Assembly (NCBI GenBank): GCA_964016885.1
Contig: OZ024763.1
Coordinates: forward strand, 24,490,001-24,554,000
Direction: 5' to 3'
DNA: 64,000 nucleotides
Source of the DNA: Eledone cirrhosa
Lineage: Eukaryota
Shown: piece by piece, positions 14,670-28,324 of the stretch
Numbering within the stretch: position 1 is the first letter of the stretch
How the letters are laid out: every line of letters begins with the position of its first letter
Position numbers and translations under genes: made by a program
Notes under the pieces: model-generated
The model's input: the letters and a program-made list of their open reading frames with translations, nothing else
The model's database searches: none
What the model was told of the DNA's origin: nothing

Positions 14670-15520
14670 GTAAGTCCGAATAATCATTTGATAAAATATA
14701 TACAGTATTTCCTCTCCCAATCAGTATAATTTAACCAGACAAAAAATCATTTAAACGCGGCTATAAGTTTAAAATGTACTCATGAAGAAATAATAGATAA
14801 ATGATACAGATACTTTTCCGCGATGTACAGCTACATGACATCTACCTCGCATTTCTCCTAGCCGGTAGAATTTGACTAGAGAAATAGTTAATTAAGCAGA
14901 ATTAGGTACAAAATTGAAGTTAGAAGAAAAAATGCACATAAATTTTACCAAAATTCTCAGTCTTTACCAACCGGCGTTTTCGTTCCACTTTTTGGATATA
15001 TCTGGTCTTGGATAAATCCACGAGGCTCGAAACTACGCAGGAGATACCTCAGACTGAACTAAGATTCTTCTATCATGAACCCCGGCAGAAGTGAATTCAA
15101 AATGGCTAAGAACCATTACGTAGCCAGTGGTCAAGACAGAAAGTTTGTGATTGGTGCCTGTCGGCGAGTAGGCTGGAGGCTAGCCGAATAATGCCTAAAG
15201 TTTTACTCAACCGTACGGGTGTATATATTAAATTCAAAGGGTATATATATATATATATATATAAATTAGACAAAGTCACAAATACATATATGCGTTTGGC
15301 AACCATTCACGGTGTGGCTCAATGAAGGATTAATTAAATAATTATTTATCAGAGCAATTTATAAAAATGTAAGTCCAAAGAATCATTAGATAAAATATAT
15401 ATTGCTCTGATAAATAATTATTTAATTAATTCTTCATTGAGCCACACCGTGAATGGTTGCCAAACGCATATATATATATTCGTGACTTTGTCTAATTTAT
15501 ATATACCCTTTGAATTTATA
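14665..15520. mobile_element. TA-flanked element combining a partial tandem repeat and a fold-back
   Basis: Inverted arms at ~15228-15360 and ~15400-15518. The direct repeat aaatgtaagtcc...atcatt.gataaaatatata occurs at ~14667 and ~15366. Confidence 0.6.
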
Positions 15521-15837
15521 TATGTATATAGATATATATATATATGTATAGACGATCTGAGTTCAAACCCCGTCTAGGTTAACCTTTCCTGCGATCCTTA
15601 CGAAGTCGATAAAATAAAGTACCAGTAATGTACTGGCTATATATATAATAGAAAAAATGAGAAAGTTTCGTTTACATATGAAAAACATTGATTGGATATC
15701 GACTTGTTACGCGCGTTTCGCAGAGGATTGGCTCAAGGTGAACCACTCTATGCACAGGCAGAGTGTATATAATAGAAAAAACGAGGTTTCGTTTACACAC
15801 ACACACACACACAAACACACACATATATATATATATA

Positions 15838-16045
15838 ACGAAGGAAATGTGGTAAGGAACCAGATGGACCATAACGCACCAAATTACTCAATACTTAGGG
15901 TAGTAGAGTGGGTAATAGGAACGAGTAGGACCCAGACGGCTGAGCTCAAGCCGTTTCGACGGCTAATTCTGGACCCGACGGCTATTTCTATCCAGAATTA
16001 GCCGTCGAAACGGCTTGAGCTCAGCCGTCTGGGTCCTACTCGTTC
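15838..16045 (-). mobile_element. Family A fold-back copy
   Basis: Tail plus inverted arms carrying the HHR 3' half (GAAAcggcttgagctcagccgTC). TA flanks. Confidence 0.9.
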
Positions 16046-16052
16046 ATATATA

Positions 16053-16102
<50 letters not shown>

Positions 16103-16104
<2 letters not shown>

Positions 16105-16420
16105 GATAACGGGGAATCAGTGTTGCATCAAAACACAATATATTAACATATTACATATGTTTCTCCGTCGATCAGCTCAGGGCAAGATCTGTTATAGATC
16201 GAACCCGACTCTGCAATCGCCAGTTCCTCGGCTCGATCTGTAACAGATCCTGCCCTGAGCTCATCGACGGAGAAACATATGTAATATGTTAATACATTGT
16301 CTTTTGATGCATCACTGATTCCTCGTTATACATAATATTATACTCTGCTCTGCGCGAGCATCGAGTGCACAAACGGCATACCGCATACGGACGCATTTAA
16401 TTGCAACCATACAAGAACCA
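16103..16420 (+). mobile_element. Fold-back element family F plus tail
   Basis: Arms at ~16105-16198 and ~16234-16329, tail at ~16330-16420. Related sequence at ~17390-17620, 53480-53728 and 62100-62347. Confidence 0.8.
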
Positions 16421-16464
16421 TATATATATATACATATATACATATATATATATATATACATATG

Positions 16465-16525
<61 letters not shown>

Positions 16526-16533
16526 TGTGTATA

Positions 16534-16670
<137 letters not shown>

Positions 16671-16808
16671 TATTTACGTATCGAGAAAGAGAAAAAAAGG
16701 GGAGGATAGGTGATACATATAGTTATTTGCGAGCAATGAACCCTGATGTGGATTTAACCTCCAAAACTCTTTCCGAGCAATATAAGGAACACTTGTGATT
16801 ATTTATGC

Positions 16809-16843
16809 CCTTGAGAAGCCCAACTGGGCGAAACGGACGTAGG
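16809..16843 (+). ncRNA. Minimal hammerhead motif, U3-A8 variant
   Basis: cc TTGAGAA GCCC aact GGGC GAAA CG ga CG TA^gg. Confidence 0.55.
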
Positions 16844-16911
16844 TGCTGTTTTAAATAAACATGTTTTAACGGTCTATTCTCCGATTTCTTACTTTCCCAC
16901 GTATATATATA

Positions 16912-17059
<148 letters not shown>

Positions 17060-17073
17060 CATATATACATATA

Positions 17074-17107
<34 letters not shown>

Positions 17108-17111
<4 letters not shown>

Positions 17112-17301
17112 AACGAGTGGGACCCCGACGGCTGAGCTCAAGCCGTTTCGACGGCTAATTCTGGACTACAGAATTAGCCGTCGAAACGGCTAGAGCTCTG
17201 CCGTCGGGGTCCTATTCGTTCCTATTACCCACTCTACTACCCTAAGTATTTAGTACTTTGGTGCGTTATGATCCACCTGGTTCCTTACCACATTTCCTTC
17301 G

Positions 17302-17302
<1 letters not shown>
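17108..17302 (+). mobile_element. Family A fold-back copy
   Basis: The short arm starts taggaacg and the long arm ends catttccttcgt(TA)n. Confidence 0.9.
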
Positions 17303-17392
<90 letters not shown>

Positions 17393-17654
17393 CAGTGTAA
17401 TGTGCAGTCACTGTAGGTTCAGCCGAGTGAGCACTCAATACGTACATTACCGTCAGTAGCGAGGTGTAGAACTGGACAGAGTGTAATATAATAATGCAAG
17501 GACGGGCTGTTAAGCCTTCATTACGTTTATTGATTGGGGACATGTGTTTCGCTATTGATCAGCTCAAGGTTCGATCTGTATCGATCTGGTCCGTCTCTGG
17601 AATGAAAAGGTCGTAGGATTTCTGCAATTGTAATGACAGAATGAATATATAGAA

Positions 17655-17935
17655 CAGGCATGTTTAACTGAAAGTACTTCGAGGGCCACATGGATCACAT
17701 ATGTGTTGTCTGAGGGTCACATGTGTCACATATGTGTTGTCTGAGGGTCACATGTGTCACATATGTGTTGTCTGAGGGTCCCACATGACAACTAATTGCG
17801 CACATTACAACTAATGTTTTCTATTTTATATTACGAAGATAAAACATACTTGCGCTGTAAATATCTTTGTGCGGGCCGTAGGTGTGCTTGTAAAGGGCCG
17901 CATGTTGCCCGCGGGCCACATGTTTCAATTGCCTG
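17655..17935. mobile_element. hAT (Charlie-like) MITE
   Basis: Termini CAGGCA...TGCCTG with subterminal gggccaca/gggccgca motifs. The 8-bp flanks ATATAGAA/GTATAGAG match 6/8. Contains an internal tandem repeat. Confidence 0.7.
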
Positions 17936-18037
17936 GTATAGAGCATCGAGTCCGTAACCACTTGGATTCGTTTATGCTGGTCAGTCCTTGATGTTTTGAT
18001 TGAGGGTTATGACGGATGTTTTGGAATCTGTGATAAT

Positions 18038-18223
18038 TGTTTCTACTTTAGGCACAAGGCCAGCAATTATCCCAGTGTATTACTGGTACTTTATTTTATC
18101 GACCCCGTAAGGATGAAAGGCAAAGTCAACCTCGGCGGGATTTGAACTCAGATCGGAAAGGGACGTAACTATGCTGGAAAGCACGGCGTCCGACCCTCTA
18201 CCGATACTGCCAATCCACCGCCA
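18038..18223 (-). mobile_element. SINE family D, full length with 17-bp TSD
   Basis: TSD ttggaatctgtgataat at 18021-18037 and 18224-18240. B box GAGTTCAAATCC on the minus strand. Confidence 0.95.
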
Positions 18224-18921
18224 TTGGAATCTGTGATAATGTGGGGAAGGAAGATAGTGACGAGATGATGGTGGTGGGGAGCGATGGTTGGTGTGAGTTA
18301 CGGTGGGGTGGTGTTTTGGCTTGCCATAGACATTTCGGCGTGTATATGGTGAGGTGAAGGTAGCGGGTGTGTATGCATGTATGTACTTATGTACAGTATA
18401 TATGTTTACCTTGTGTCTTACTATTTTACAGTTTAAATTCCTTCATTGGGGTTTTCCCGTAATTTCTAATATGATTACTATAGTTTTATAAAACTGCATC
18501 AGTTTCCATATTTCGTCAATGTTTATTTTAGAGCAGGAAGTAAAAGTTGACGAACGACACTCCGGGTAGTGGATGATATCAACGCTTGGCTAAGTTTGAT
18601 ATATATATTCGTGCGGCTGTCACAGTATATTGAACATCGTGTTTGATTCCTAGACTGCTGGAATATATTTGTTATTTTCACAACTGCGTTATTATGAGTA
18701 ATCAGAAATATTTCAATTAGGTGACGTAGGTGTGAGCCATTCAGAAAGCTTCGGTGGCCGCAGGTATCCCATGACTGGTATACATAGATATGTATACCTA
18801 TTGAAACTAGAAAGTTGTCGTTTCACAAGCCCCCCCCCCCCCCCCCCCACACACACACACAAACATTTTCTCATACGTCACATAAAATTCTGTGCACCTG
18901 TAGCTTAATTGCTATACATTA

Positions 18922-19012
18922 ATTTTTCTACTTTTGGCACAAGGCCACCAATTATCTCAGTGTATTACTGGTACTTTATTATTATCGACCTCGTAAGGAT
19001 GGAAGGCAAAAT
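18922..19012 (-). mobile_element. SINE family D 3' fragment
   Basis: ttctacttttggcacaaggcc...ggaaggcaaa. Confidence 0.8.
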
Positions 19013-19398
19013 GTTATGTCTCTCGTCTCATACTCCACTGGACTGAGTTTGGCTTATGTCAGACACTGTGACCCGGATGAGCCAGCAGTGATTCTACTAG
19101 TGGTCGAAACTGCCAAAGTCCATCTTAACGGCCGACGACCCTGGAGTTCTGTTTCCTTCGTTTGTATTTTTATTTTTTCTTGAATAATTTTGCCATTAAA
19201 ATATTGTTTTTCGTTTTCTCTTGTTTCCGTTTGTTGTCTTATCCTCACTTTGTATATTGAAAAATATACTTGAATAGATGAATATATATTTATATATGTA
19301 AGAGGTCGGCAAGAGCTCACCCTACACTTTACAATAAAACCATATTCCAGTACTCTGTTAAGTAATAGTCTAACAAGTTTCATACCGAATCCATCCTG

Positions 19399-19443
<45 letters not shown>

Positions 19444-19448
<5 letters not shown>

Positions 19449-20290
19449 TTATTGATGTATTGTTTTATTGATATTTTTTATCTGTTTGTCCCGAATCTTC
19501 TATTATCGATTTTTTATCGTATGGTTGACTGTAGACTTGTTCTATATGTGACGGTATTTTAACGATAGTTATAGCTCTGATTCATCTGAATTATTGAGCC
19601 CTCTGCCGCTCATTTCGAATTTTGTTTATCGTGAACTCGTGCGCCGATTTTTCGATACTCGATCTTTCTAATATTTTTAGCTCTGGACATAGCTATCCAC
19701 CAGTTAATTTTATTGCTCATTTTTTGTCGATTCTATTGAGTGATGAATAGCTTTTGTTTTATTTTAACATGTCTATTGAGCACTCTTATTCGATATGTGT
19801 ATTTCCACATTCCCTCGAATAGTTTTCGCGGATATAGAGGTTATCTCCCTTGTCTAATGCCATGTGCGTTTTTCACTGGTAGTTAGCCCCTTTTCCGCTA
19901 GGAAAAAAGCTCGTTGAGAAAGTAAACTCCGTTCCTCTTGCTCTAGTAGGCTTTTATATTTATATGTGAGCTGATAGAGTACAGTCTAAGGATTTACAGA
20001 AACCCATGAAGCTAGATTTAACACCTTTCTAGTGGGTCCGGGTATGATTTTACATTCATTTAAATTATTGATGTATTGTTTTATTGATATTTTTTATCTG
20101 TTTGTCCCGAATCTTCTATTATCGATTTTTTATCGTATGGTTGATTGTAGACTTGTTCTATATGTGACGGTATTTTAACGATAGTTATAGCTCTGATTCA
20201 TCTGAATTATTGAGCCCTCTGCCGCTCATTTCGAATTTTGTTTATCGTGAACTCGTGCGCCGATTTTTCGATACTCGATCTTTCTAATAT
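19444..20290. mobile_element. TA-embedded element with ~230-bp direct terminal repeats (unit ~616 bp)
   Basis: 19444-19672 is nearly identical to 20060-20290. No TG..CA ends and no ORF. Confidence 0.75.
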
Positions 20291-20306
20291 ATATATATAT
20301 ATATAA

Positions 20307-20376
20307 AACCTATGGCAGAGCTCGAGCCGTTTCGAAACGACTCAAGCTCTGCCGTCGGAGGTCTTGACGATTTACC
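20307..20376 (+). mobile_element. Family A minimal hairpin copy
   Basis: ggcagagctcgagccgtttc|gaaacgactcaagctctgcc folds back at the ribozyme GAAA. Confidence 0.7.
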
Positions 20377-20559
20377 TATATATATATATCATATGTATAT
20401 ATATATATCATAAGTATGTATATATATCATATGTATATATATATATCATATGTATGTATATATATCATATGTATATATATATATATCATATGTATATATA
20501 TATATCATATGTATATATATCATATGTATATATATATATATATCATATGTATATATATC

Positions 20560-20633
<74 letters not shown>

Positions 20634-20639
20634 CATATG

Positions 20640-20691
<52 letters not shown>

Positions 20692-20724
20692 CATATCATA
20701 TGTATATATATATATATACATATC

Positions 20725-20811
<87 letters not shown>

Positions 20812-21212
20812 AGTATGTATGTATAGATTATCAATTACTCATAATAATGCAGTTGCGTAAACAAAAAGAACATGTCAGCAGTCCAGCAAACGTACTGGGT
20901 AGATAACATACAGCGGACTGCCGCATGAGTCTAAATAAATATATTGGCGTATGTCAGCAACAACGGACAATAAATGCCGCATATATAGGACGCCATTTTA
21001 TTGTACGCACCATTGACACATAAATTCACACCAGACCCCGACCAAACGGACGCCATTTTGTCTTTCCCTAAAACATATCAATTGGCGCTAACTTCTTTAA
21101 ATGAATTAAATAGAAGACGCCTCTTGTTTCGCTCCACTAGATTCCAGATCGACCGTCCTTCCTTACATTTTTCTCATGTTATTTATCATGTGTATATATT
21201 TTTGTATGTATA

Positions 21213-21306
<94 letters not shown>

Positions 21307-21312
21307 AAATAC

Positions 21313-21343
<31 letters not shown>

Positions 21344-21597
21344 TTTATAAATATATATATATATATATATATAACTGTATTTTATCTATATTTATGAACC
21401 TTGTATGTGTTTACATGTATGTTGAAGTCTCTCTCTCTCTCACTCTCTCTCTCTCTCTCTCCATATATATATATATATATATATGTGGGGTGGGGGTGGG
21501 GTTATTGTATCATATATATATTTATATGTAACAACTATAATATTAACACACACACATGTATATGTATCTTTATATGTAACATATACATATATATGTG

Positions 21598-21733
<136 letters not shown>

Positions 21734-22347
21734 GATGTGGATATATATATATGTGTTTGTGTGGGGGGTTTATATGAAAAACTGTTTTAATGAAAATCTT
21801 ACATATAATTGTGAAATGTAATAAATATTAAGAAATTAACACAAAACAGGGCGAGAGAACAACAGTCATTGGTTGGTTGGGTCTGGTTGTGATATATGGA
21901 CATTTAGAAACACATGCACCCACACATATACACAGACATACACGTATATGAACACTCACATATATGCACACACAAGCACGTATATGCACACCCAAGCACG
22001 TATATGCACACCCACATATATACGCACACATATACTCACATACAAACGCACATATTTACACACATATATTCACATATATATCCACATATATATTCATATA
22101 TATATATATTCACACATATACACACGCACTCATACACAGATACACACGCATGTAGACAAACACAGCCACAAATATGCACATACATACATATAGGTATTCA
22201 CACTCACACACGCACGCACACACACATACACACACACATACATATATGTGTTTGAGCTTTGAATTATTCTTTGCCATATTTGGGTGTTATAAACTCTTCT
22301 AAACTATACATATATATATATATATGTATATATGTGTGTGTATATAT

Positions 22348-22381
<34 letters not shown>

Positions 22382-22412
22382 ACATATCTTTATATATATA
22401 TATAAAGTTATG

Positions 22413-22443
<31 letters not shown>

Positions 22444-22456
22444 TTATATATATATG

Positions 22457-22513
<57 letters not shown>

Positions 22514-22514
22514 G

Positions 22515-22703
<189 letters not shown>

Positions 22704-22707
22704 GTAT

Positions 22708-22741
<34 letters not shown>

Positions 22742-22858
22742 GTATATATATAAAGATATGTATATACATATATATATAAAAGAAATGTATATACATATAT
22801 ATATATATAAAGATATGTATATGCATATATATATATAAGATATGTATATACATATCTA

Positions 22859-22909
<51 letters not shown>

Positions 22910-22941
22910 ATATGTATATACATATATATATAAAAGATATG

Positions 22942-22996
<55 letters not shown>

Positions 22997-23201
22997 TTAT
23001 ATATATGTATATATATATATATATATATTTATATACATATATATATATCTCTTTATATACACACACATATATATATATATGTATATAAAGATATATATAT
23101 ATATCTTTATATATATAAATATATGTAGATATATAAAGATAAATATATATATGTATGTATATATATAAAGATATATATATATATATATATGTGTGTGTAT
23201 A

Positions 23202-23297
<96 letters not shown>

Positions 23298-23399
23298 GCG
23301 AGAGAGGGGTGGGGGGTAGAAAGTGGCAAACTGTTTACATATAATTAAAATGATTTGTAACATAACACAATAAATTTATTATAGGATAAGAAGTTCTAT

Positions 23400-24220
23400 A
23401 ATTGGTAGCTTTTGGTGGTGGTGGTGGTGGTGGTGGTGGTGGTGGTGGTGGTGGTGGTGGTGGTGGTGATGGTAGTGGTGGTGGTGGTGGTGGTGATGGT
23501 GGTGGTGATGGTAGTGGTGGTGGTGGTGGTGGTGATGGTAGTGGTGGTGGTGGTGGTGGTGATGGTAGTGGTGGTGGTGGTGGTGGTGGTGGTGGTGGTG
23601 GTGGTAGTGGTGGTGGTGGTGGTGGTGGTGGTGGTGGTTGTTGTAGTGGTGGTGGTGGTGGTGGTGGTGGTGGTGGTGGTGGTGGTGTTGTTGGTGGTGG
23701 TGGTGGTGGTGGTGGTGGTGGTGGTGGTGGTGGTGGTGGTGTTGTTGGTGTTGTTGGTGGTGGTGGTGGTGATGGTGGTGGTGGTGGTGGTGGTGGTGGT
23801 GGTGGTAGTGGTGGTGGTGGTGGTGGTGGTGGTGGTGGTGGTGGCGGTGGTGGTAGTGGTGGTGGTGGTGGTGGTGTTGTTTGTGGTGGTGGTTCTATTA
23901 TTGGTAGCTTTTGGTGGTGATGGTGATGGTAGTGGTGGTGGTGGTGGTGGTGGTGGTGGTGGTGGTGGTGGTGGTGGTGGTGGTGATGGTAGTGGTGGTG
24001 GTGGTGGTGGTGATGGTAGTGGTGGTGGTGGTGGTGGTGATGGTAGTGGTGGTGGTGGTGGTGGTGATGGTAGTGGTGGTGGTGGTGGTGGTGATGGTAG
24101 TGGTGGTGGTGGTGGTGGTGATGGTAGTGATAGCTTTGGTGGTTGTGCTGGTGGTGGTTCTATTATTGGTAGCTTTTGGTGGTGGTGGTGGTGGTGGTGG
24201 TGGTTCAATTGTTGGTAGCT
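23400..24220. repeat. (GGT)n array with GAT/AGT interruptions
   Basis: Directly visible. Confidence 0.95.
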
Positions 24221-24849
24221 TTTTGGTGGTAGGATCAGTAACCGTAGCAACAGTGGTGGTAGTTGTGGTGGTGTCTGTGATTGTGGTTGTGGTGGTGGTT
24301 ATTGTTGTAGAGGCAGTAGTGGTGGTGACAGCAGTGCTTGTAGTTGGCGGTGATGGTGGTTGTAGTTGATAAGGTGGTGGTGGTTGTGTTGTTAGTAGTT
24401 GTGGTTGTTGTGTTTGAGGTGGCGCTCGTGGCTGTTCCATAATTTGTAACTTTTGGTGGTGGTGGTGGTTTGTGATGATGGTGTTGATGGTATTATTGTT
24501 GTTGGTGTCGGACTGTAGTACTATATTATAATGCGGTGTTGGTAATGATGGTAGTTTGGTGATTATGGTTGTGGTTGAGAAATCGTCTAACGGTAGGGGT
24601 ATTCGTAATTGCTTTTATATGGTGGCGGTGGGAAGCTGCTGGTGGTGCTGCTGCTTGTGATGATGAGGATGATGATGTTAATGTTGATGATAACGGTAGT
24701 GGTGGTGGTGGTGGAGAGGAGCCACTTGTATTGCTAGAACCAGCGCTCCATAATCCTAATAATATTTAGTCCGTGTAACAAAAAACTTCTCAGAAATATT
24801 TTACTAACGTTTTATAATACTTTTCGTCTTCACTTAATTTCATGCATAA

Positions 24850-25190
24850 ATACTACTACTTTGACGCTAAACACCGCCAGTTGTAGACTGCGCATCAACA
24901 AGAGATATTTTTCTCCTCAAAGTTCGATCACCAGCAGCAAAGTTGAAAGAACAAAGATCAAGTCCAGTCCATAGGTTGACATTATCAAGCCATCGTTTTG
25001 GCTGCCGGCCTTTGCTTCTCTTACGAGTCAACCTTCCTTCCAGGCATAACCTACTCACACTATGAGTTGATCTTTTTATATGGGCGTATAGTTTGAGTAC
25101 TCTTGACTTGACACTTGATGTAATTGGTCTAAGTCTGGTAATGTTGAGCAGCTCACTGATACAGATACGGTCGCTGAGCCGCTTGCCAGT
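24850..25190 (-). pseudogene. RTE-clade LINE 3' end (post-RT C-terminus)
   Basis: RVLKLYAHIKR...LCLEGRLTRKRSKGRQPKRWLDNV...AAGDRTLRRKI fits the RTE EG-R-RGRP-RW-D...A-DR pattern. Short (GTA)n tail. Confidence 0.8.
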
Positions 25191-25654
25191 CATAAGTCTC
25201 TTGATGTGGTTCTGGATCAAATATTTGTAGCTAACATAGGAAGAAGAGTTCGATACGATAACAGGAGTGGCAGGCACGTACATCTATCACTTTAGTGTTT
25301 ACAAAACTTTGAAATGATATGTCGAACGAAACGTTACGAGGTGTTAGAGTTTAAAATGGCGCCCGTTGTAATTTATGTGAATTGCACGTTCGTTTGTGTG
25401 GCAGCGATTCAGTGTATTAATTTTGCCAGGGAATGTCTCTACATTAAATAAAGCCCTGCCAATTTTATGTCCTCTTTTAATCAATGTACTGAACTTATGA
25501 AAAACTGTGATTAGTGAAGATTGGTATAGTTATTGTGATTTATCAGCTGACGGATATACACACACACACATATATATTTTATATATAGTTTGTATGTCTG
25601 TATATATATATATGCATATATATATGTCTGTGTGTGTATATATGTAAATGAATA

Positions 25655-25709
<55 letters not shown>

Positions 25710-25722
25710 ATACGTATACATG

Positions 25723-25789
<67 letters not shown>

Positions 25790-25979
25790 GGTTGTGTGTG
25801 TGTGTATCCCACATATATGTATGTATGATGTGTGGGGTAAGAGGGAAAAGGGGAGGTAATAGGCATGTTGTTTGTGTGAGTTGCATTATAAATGTGAATG
25901 AACTAAATACCTCCTTTAGCTACAAAGTAGATGCCTTAATCCTTCTGCTCATGTTTATCACTCTATCATTCTCTCTCTC

Positions 25980-26034
<55 letters not shown>

Positions 26035-26110
26035 TCACACCTCTCTTTCTCTCTCTTTCTCTATTCACACCTCTCTCTTCCCTCTCCCCCCTCCTCATCT
26101 CCCCCCCTCT

Positions 26111-26209
<99 letters not shown>

Positions 26210-26221
26210 ATATATATATAT

Positions 26222-26391
26222 AACAAACAACAAAGAAGGTGTGTTGAGAAACCAGGTGGACCATAACGCACCAGAGTACTCAATACGTAGGGTAGTAGAG
26301 TGGGTAATAGGAAAAGCGTCAGGACACCGACGGCCGAGATCCGGCCGTTTTCCACAGCTAGATCCGAACGTGTTCGGATTCTATATATACT

Positions 26392-26463
<72 letters not shown>

Positions 26464-26518
26464 AATATATATACACACATACCAGAGCTCAGTCGTCGGG
26501 GTCTTGACGCTTTTCCTA
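26222..26518 (-). mobile_element. Family A subfamily fold-back copy interrupted by microsatellite
   Basis: Long arm at 26222-26380. Inverted arm at 26482-26518 ends in ttttccta. Confidence 0.75.
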
Positions 26519-26625
26519 TATATATATATATAGGTTTCCGACTCGTGTTGGTGGGCAACCACAGTTAGAAAAAGAAATTCAGTACATTGGTAGAGTATCG
26601 GCGTCTATATGTATACATTGTATAT

Positions 26626-26945
26626 GGTGGCTGCCAACTCGTTTTCGAGTACGGCCACTACTCTATATCCATGTAGGAGAACCCCTACCGATGCGCTGAA
26701 CGAGTGTGACTTTTTAGTCCAGCCAGCGACTTGAACACTCTGGTACAAACACTACACTTGTGACAATTATTGACACATAGTGCTGGGCCCATGGTACCAT
26801 GTGACGACAAGTGCAGAGAGATCTCCAGATATAAAGCAATGCCTGTGCCGTGAAGCTTTTATAGTGAGCAAAGGCACTGCACAAAGCCAGTCCCACTCTC
26901 TTAACCAAGATGATATTTACCAAAAAGAAGAACAAGTCAACATCA
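26626..26945 (-). mobile_element. Short element with an RTE-type LINE 3' end (family E)
   Basis: Minus strand encodes CSVCTRVFKSLAGLKSHTRSAHR* (C2H2 finger), then a short UTR. Other copies at 33097 and 44256. Confidence 0.75.
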
Positions 26946-27030
26946 TTGAATACAATCAGGGTTGCAGGTGTTATATCAGAGTTTTCCTTCTCCTAGAATT
27001 CTGCCTTGACAAAGGCTAAGGGGTCATCTA

Positions 27031-27084
<54 letters not shown>

Positions 27085-27086
27085 GA

Positions 27087-27185
27087 AGGAATTCTACAGA
27101 CCTTGAACTATTTTATTCGTATGAAATCATCAGGAGTGTTGATGATTTCAAACAAATGGAACACTCCAAGTGCTGTAGAAATCAA
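27087..27185. mobile_element. Family G degenerate hairpin with HHR remnant
   Basis: ttctacag...tcatcaggag / tgatgatttc...ctgtagaa. Related to 31293, 38843 and 42855. Confidence 0.55.
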
Positions 27186-27187
27186 TC

Positions 27188-27233
<46 letters not shown>

Positions 27234-27243
27234 AGAGAGAAAG

Positions 27244-27368
27244 AGTCAGGAGCCCGACGGTTGAGCTCGGGCCGTTTCGACAGCTAGATCCGAACTCTAC
27301 TACCCCAAGTATTGAGTACACTGGTCCGTTATGGTCCACCTGGTATCTTACCACAACCTCTTTGTTAT
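27244..27368. mobile_element. Family A fragment with internal inversion
   Basis: ccgacgg...ccgtttcgacagct, followed by a forward tail ctctactacccc...ggtccacctgg. Confidence 0.7.
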
Positions 27369-28044
27369 GTATATATGTATGTATGTGCGTGTATGTGTGT
27401 GTGTCTGTTGGTATGTGTGTGTGTGTTTGTGTGTGTTTGTGTGTGTATATGTGTGTGTTTGTGTGTGTATATGTGTGTGTTTGTGTGTGTGTGTATGTGT
27501 GTGTTTGTGTGTGTATATGTGTGTGTTTGTGTGTGTATATGTGTGTGTTTGTGTGTGTGTGTTTGTGTGTGTGAGTATGTCTGTATCCTGTATTTATCTA
27601 TCCAGCCATCTATCCTGTGCTTGTTAAACCAATTCGTAAACATACATTTATGCCTGCGTTTAGACACACACACACACACACACACGCACACACACGCACA
27701 CACACGCACACGCACACACACACACACGCACACACACACACACGTACATACACACACGCACACACATACACACACATACATACACACACACATACACACA
27801 CACCAGCACATACACACGCATACACACGCATACACACACACACACACACGCACACACACACACACGCACACACACACCCACACACGCGCAAACACACGCG
27901 CACGCACACACACACACACGCACACACACACGCACACACACACACACACTCACACACACACGTACATACACACACGCACACACATACACACACATACATA
28001 CACACACATACACACACACCAGCACATACACACGCATACACACG

Positions 28045-28129
<85 letters not shown>

Positions 28130-28324
28130 CACTTAAACATAAGTAAGTTTCTCAGAAGGTTTGTATTTCATTTATCTTCCTATCATCCGCCATGTTCTCC
28201 CAACCTAGCATTTATTTAACTATCCTTTCTCTCATCCATCTAATCGCTGTCTCCTTTCATGCACGTACAACACTAGCGCCGCCTACAATGTGGGCTCCAT
28301 CAGGCCACTACCAACACCACAACC

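Noticed and set aside
19068-19124. HHR-like CGGATGA...GAAACT gccaa AGTC
   Set aside because: Core substitution and no stem I; at best a decayed copy.
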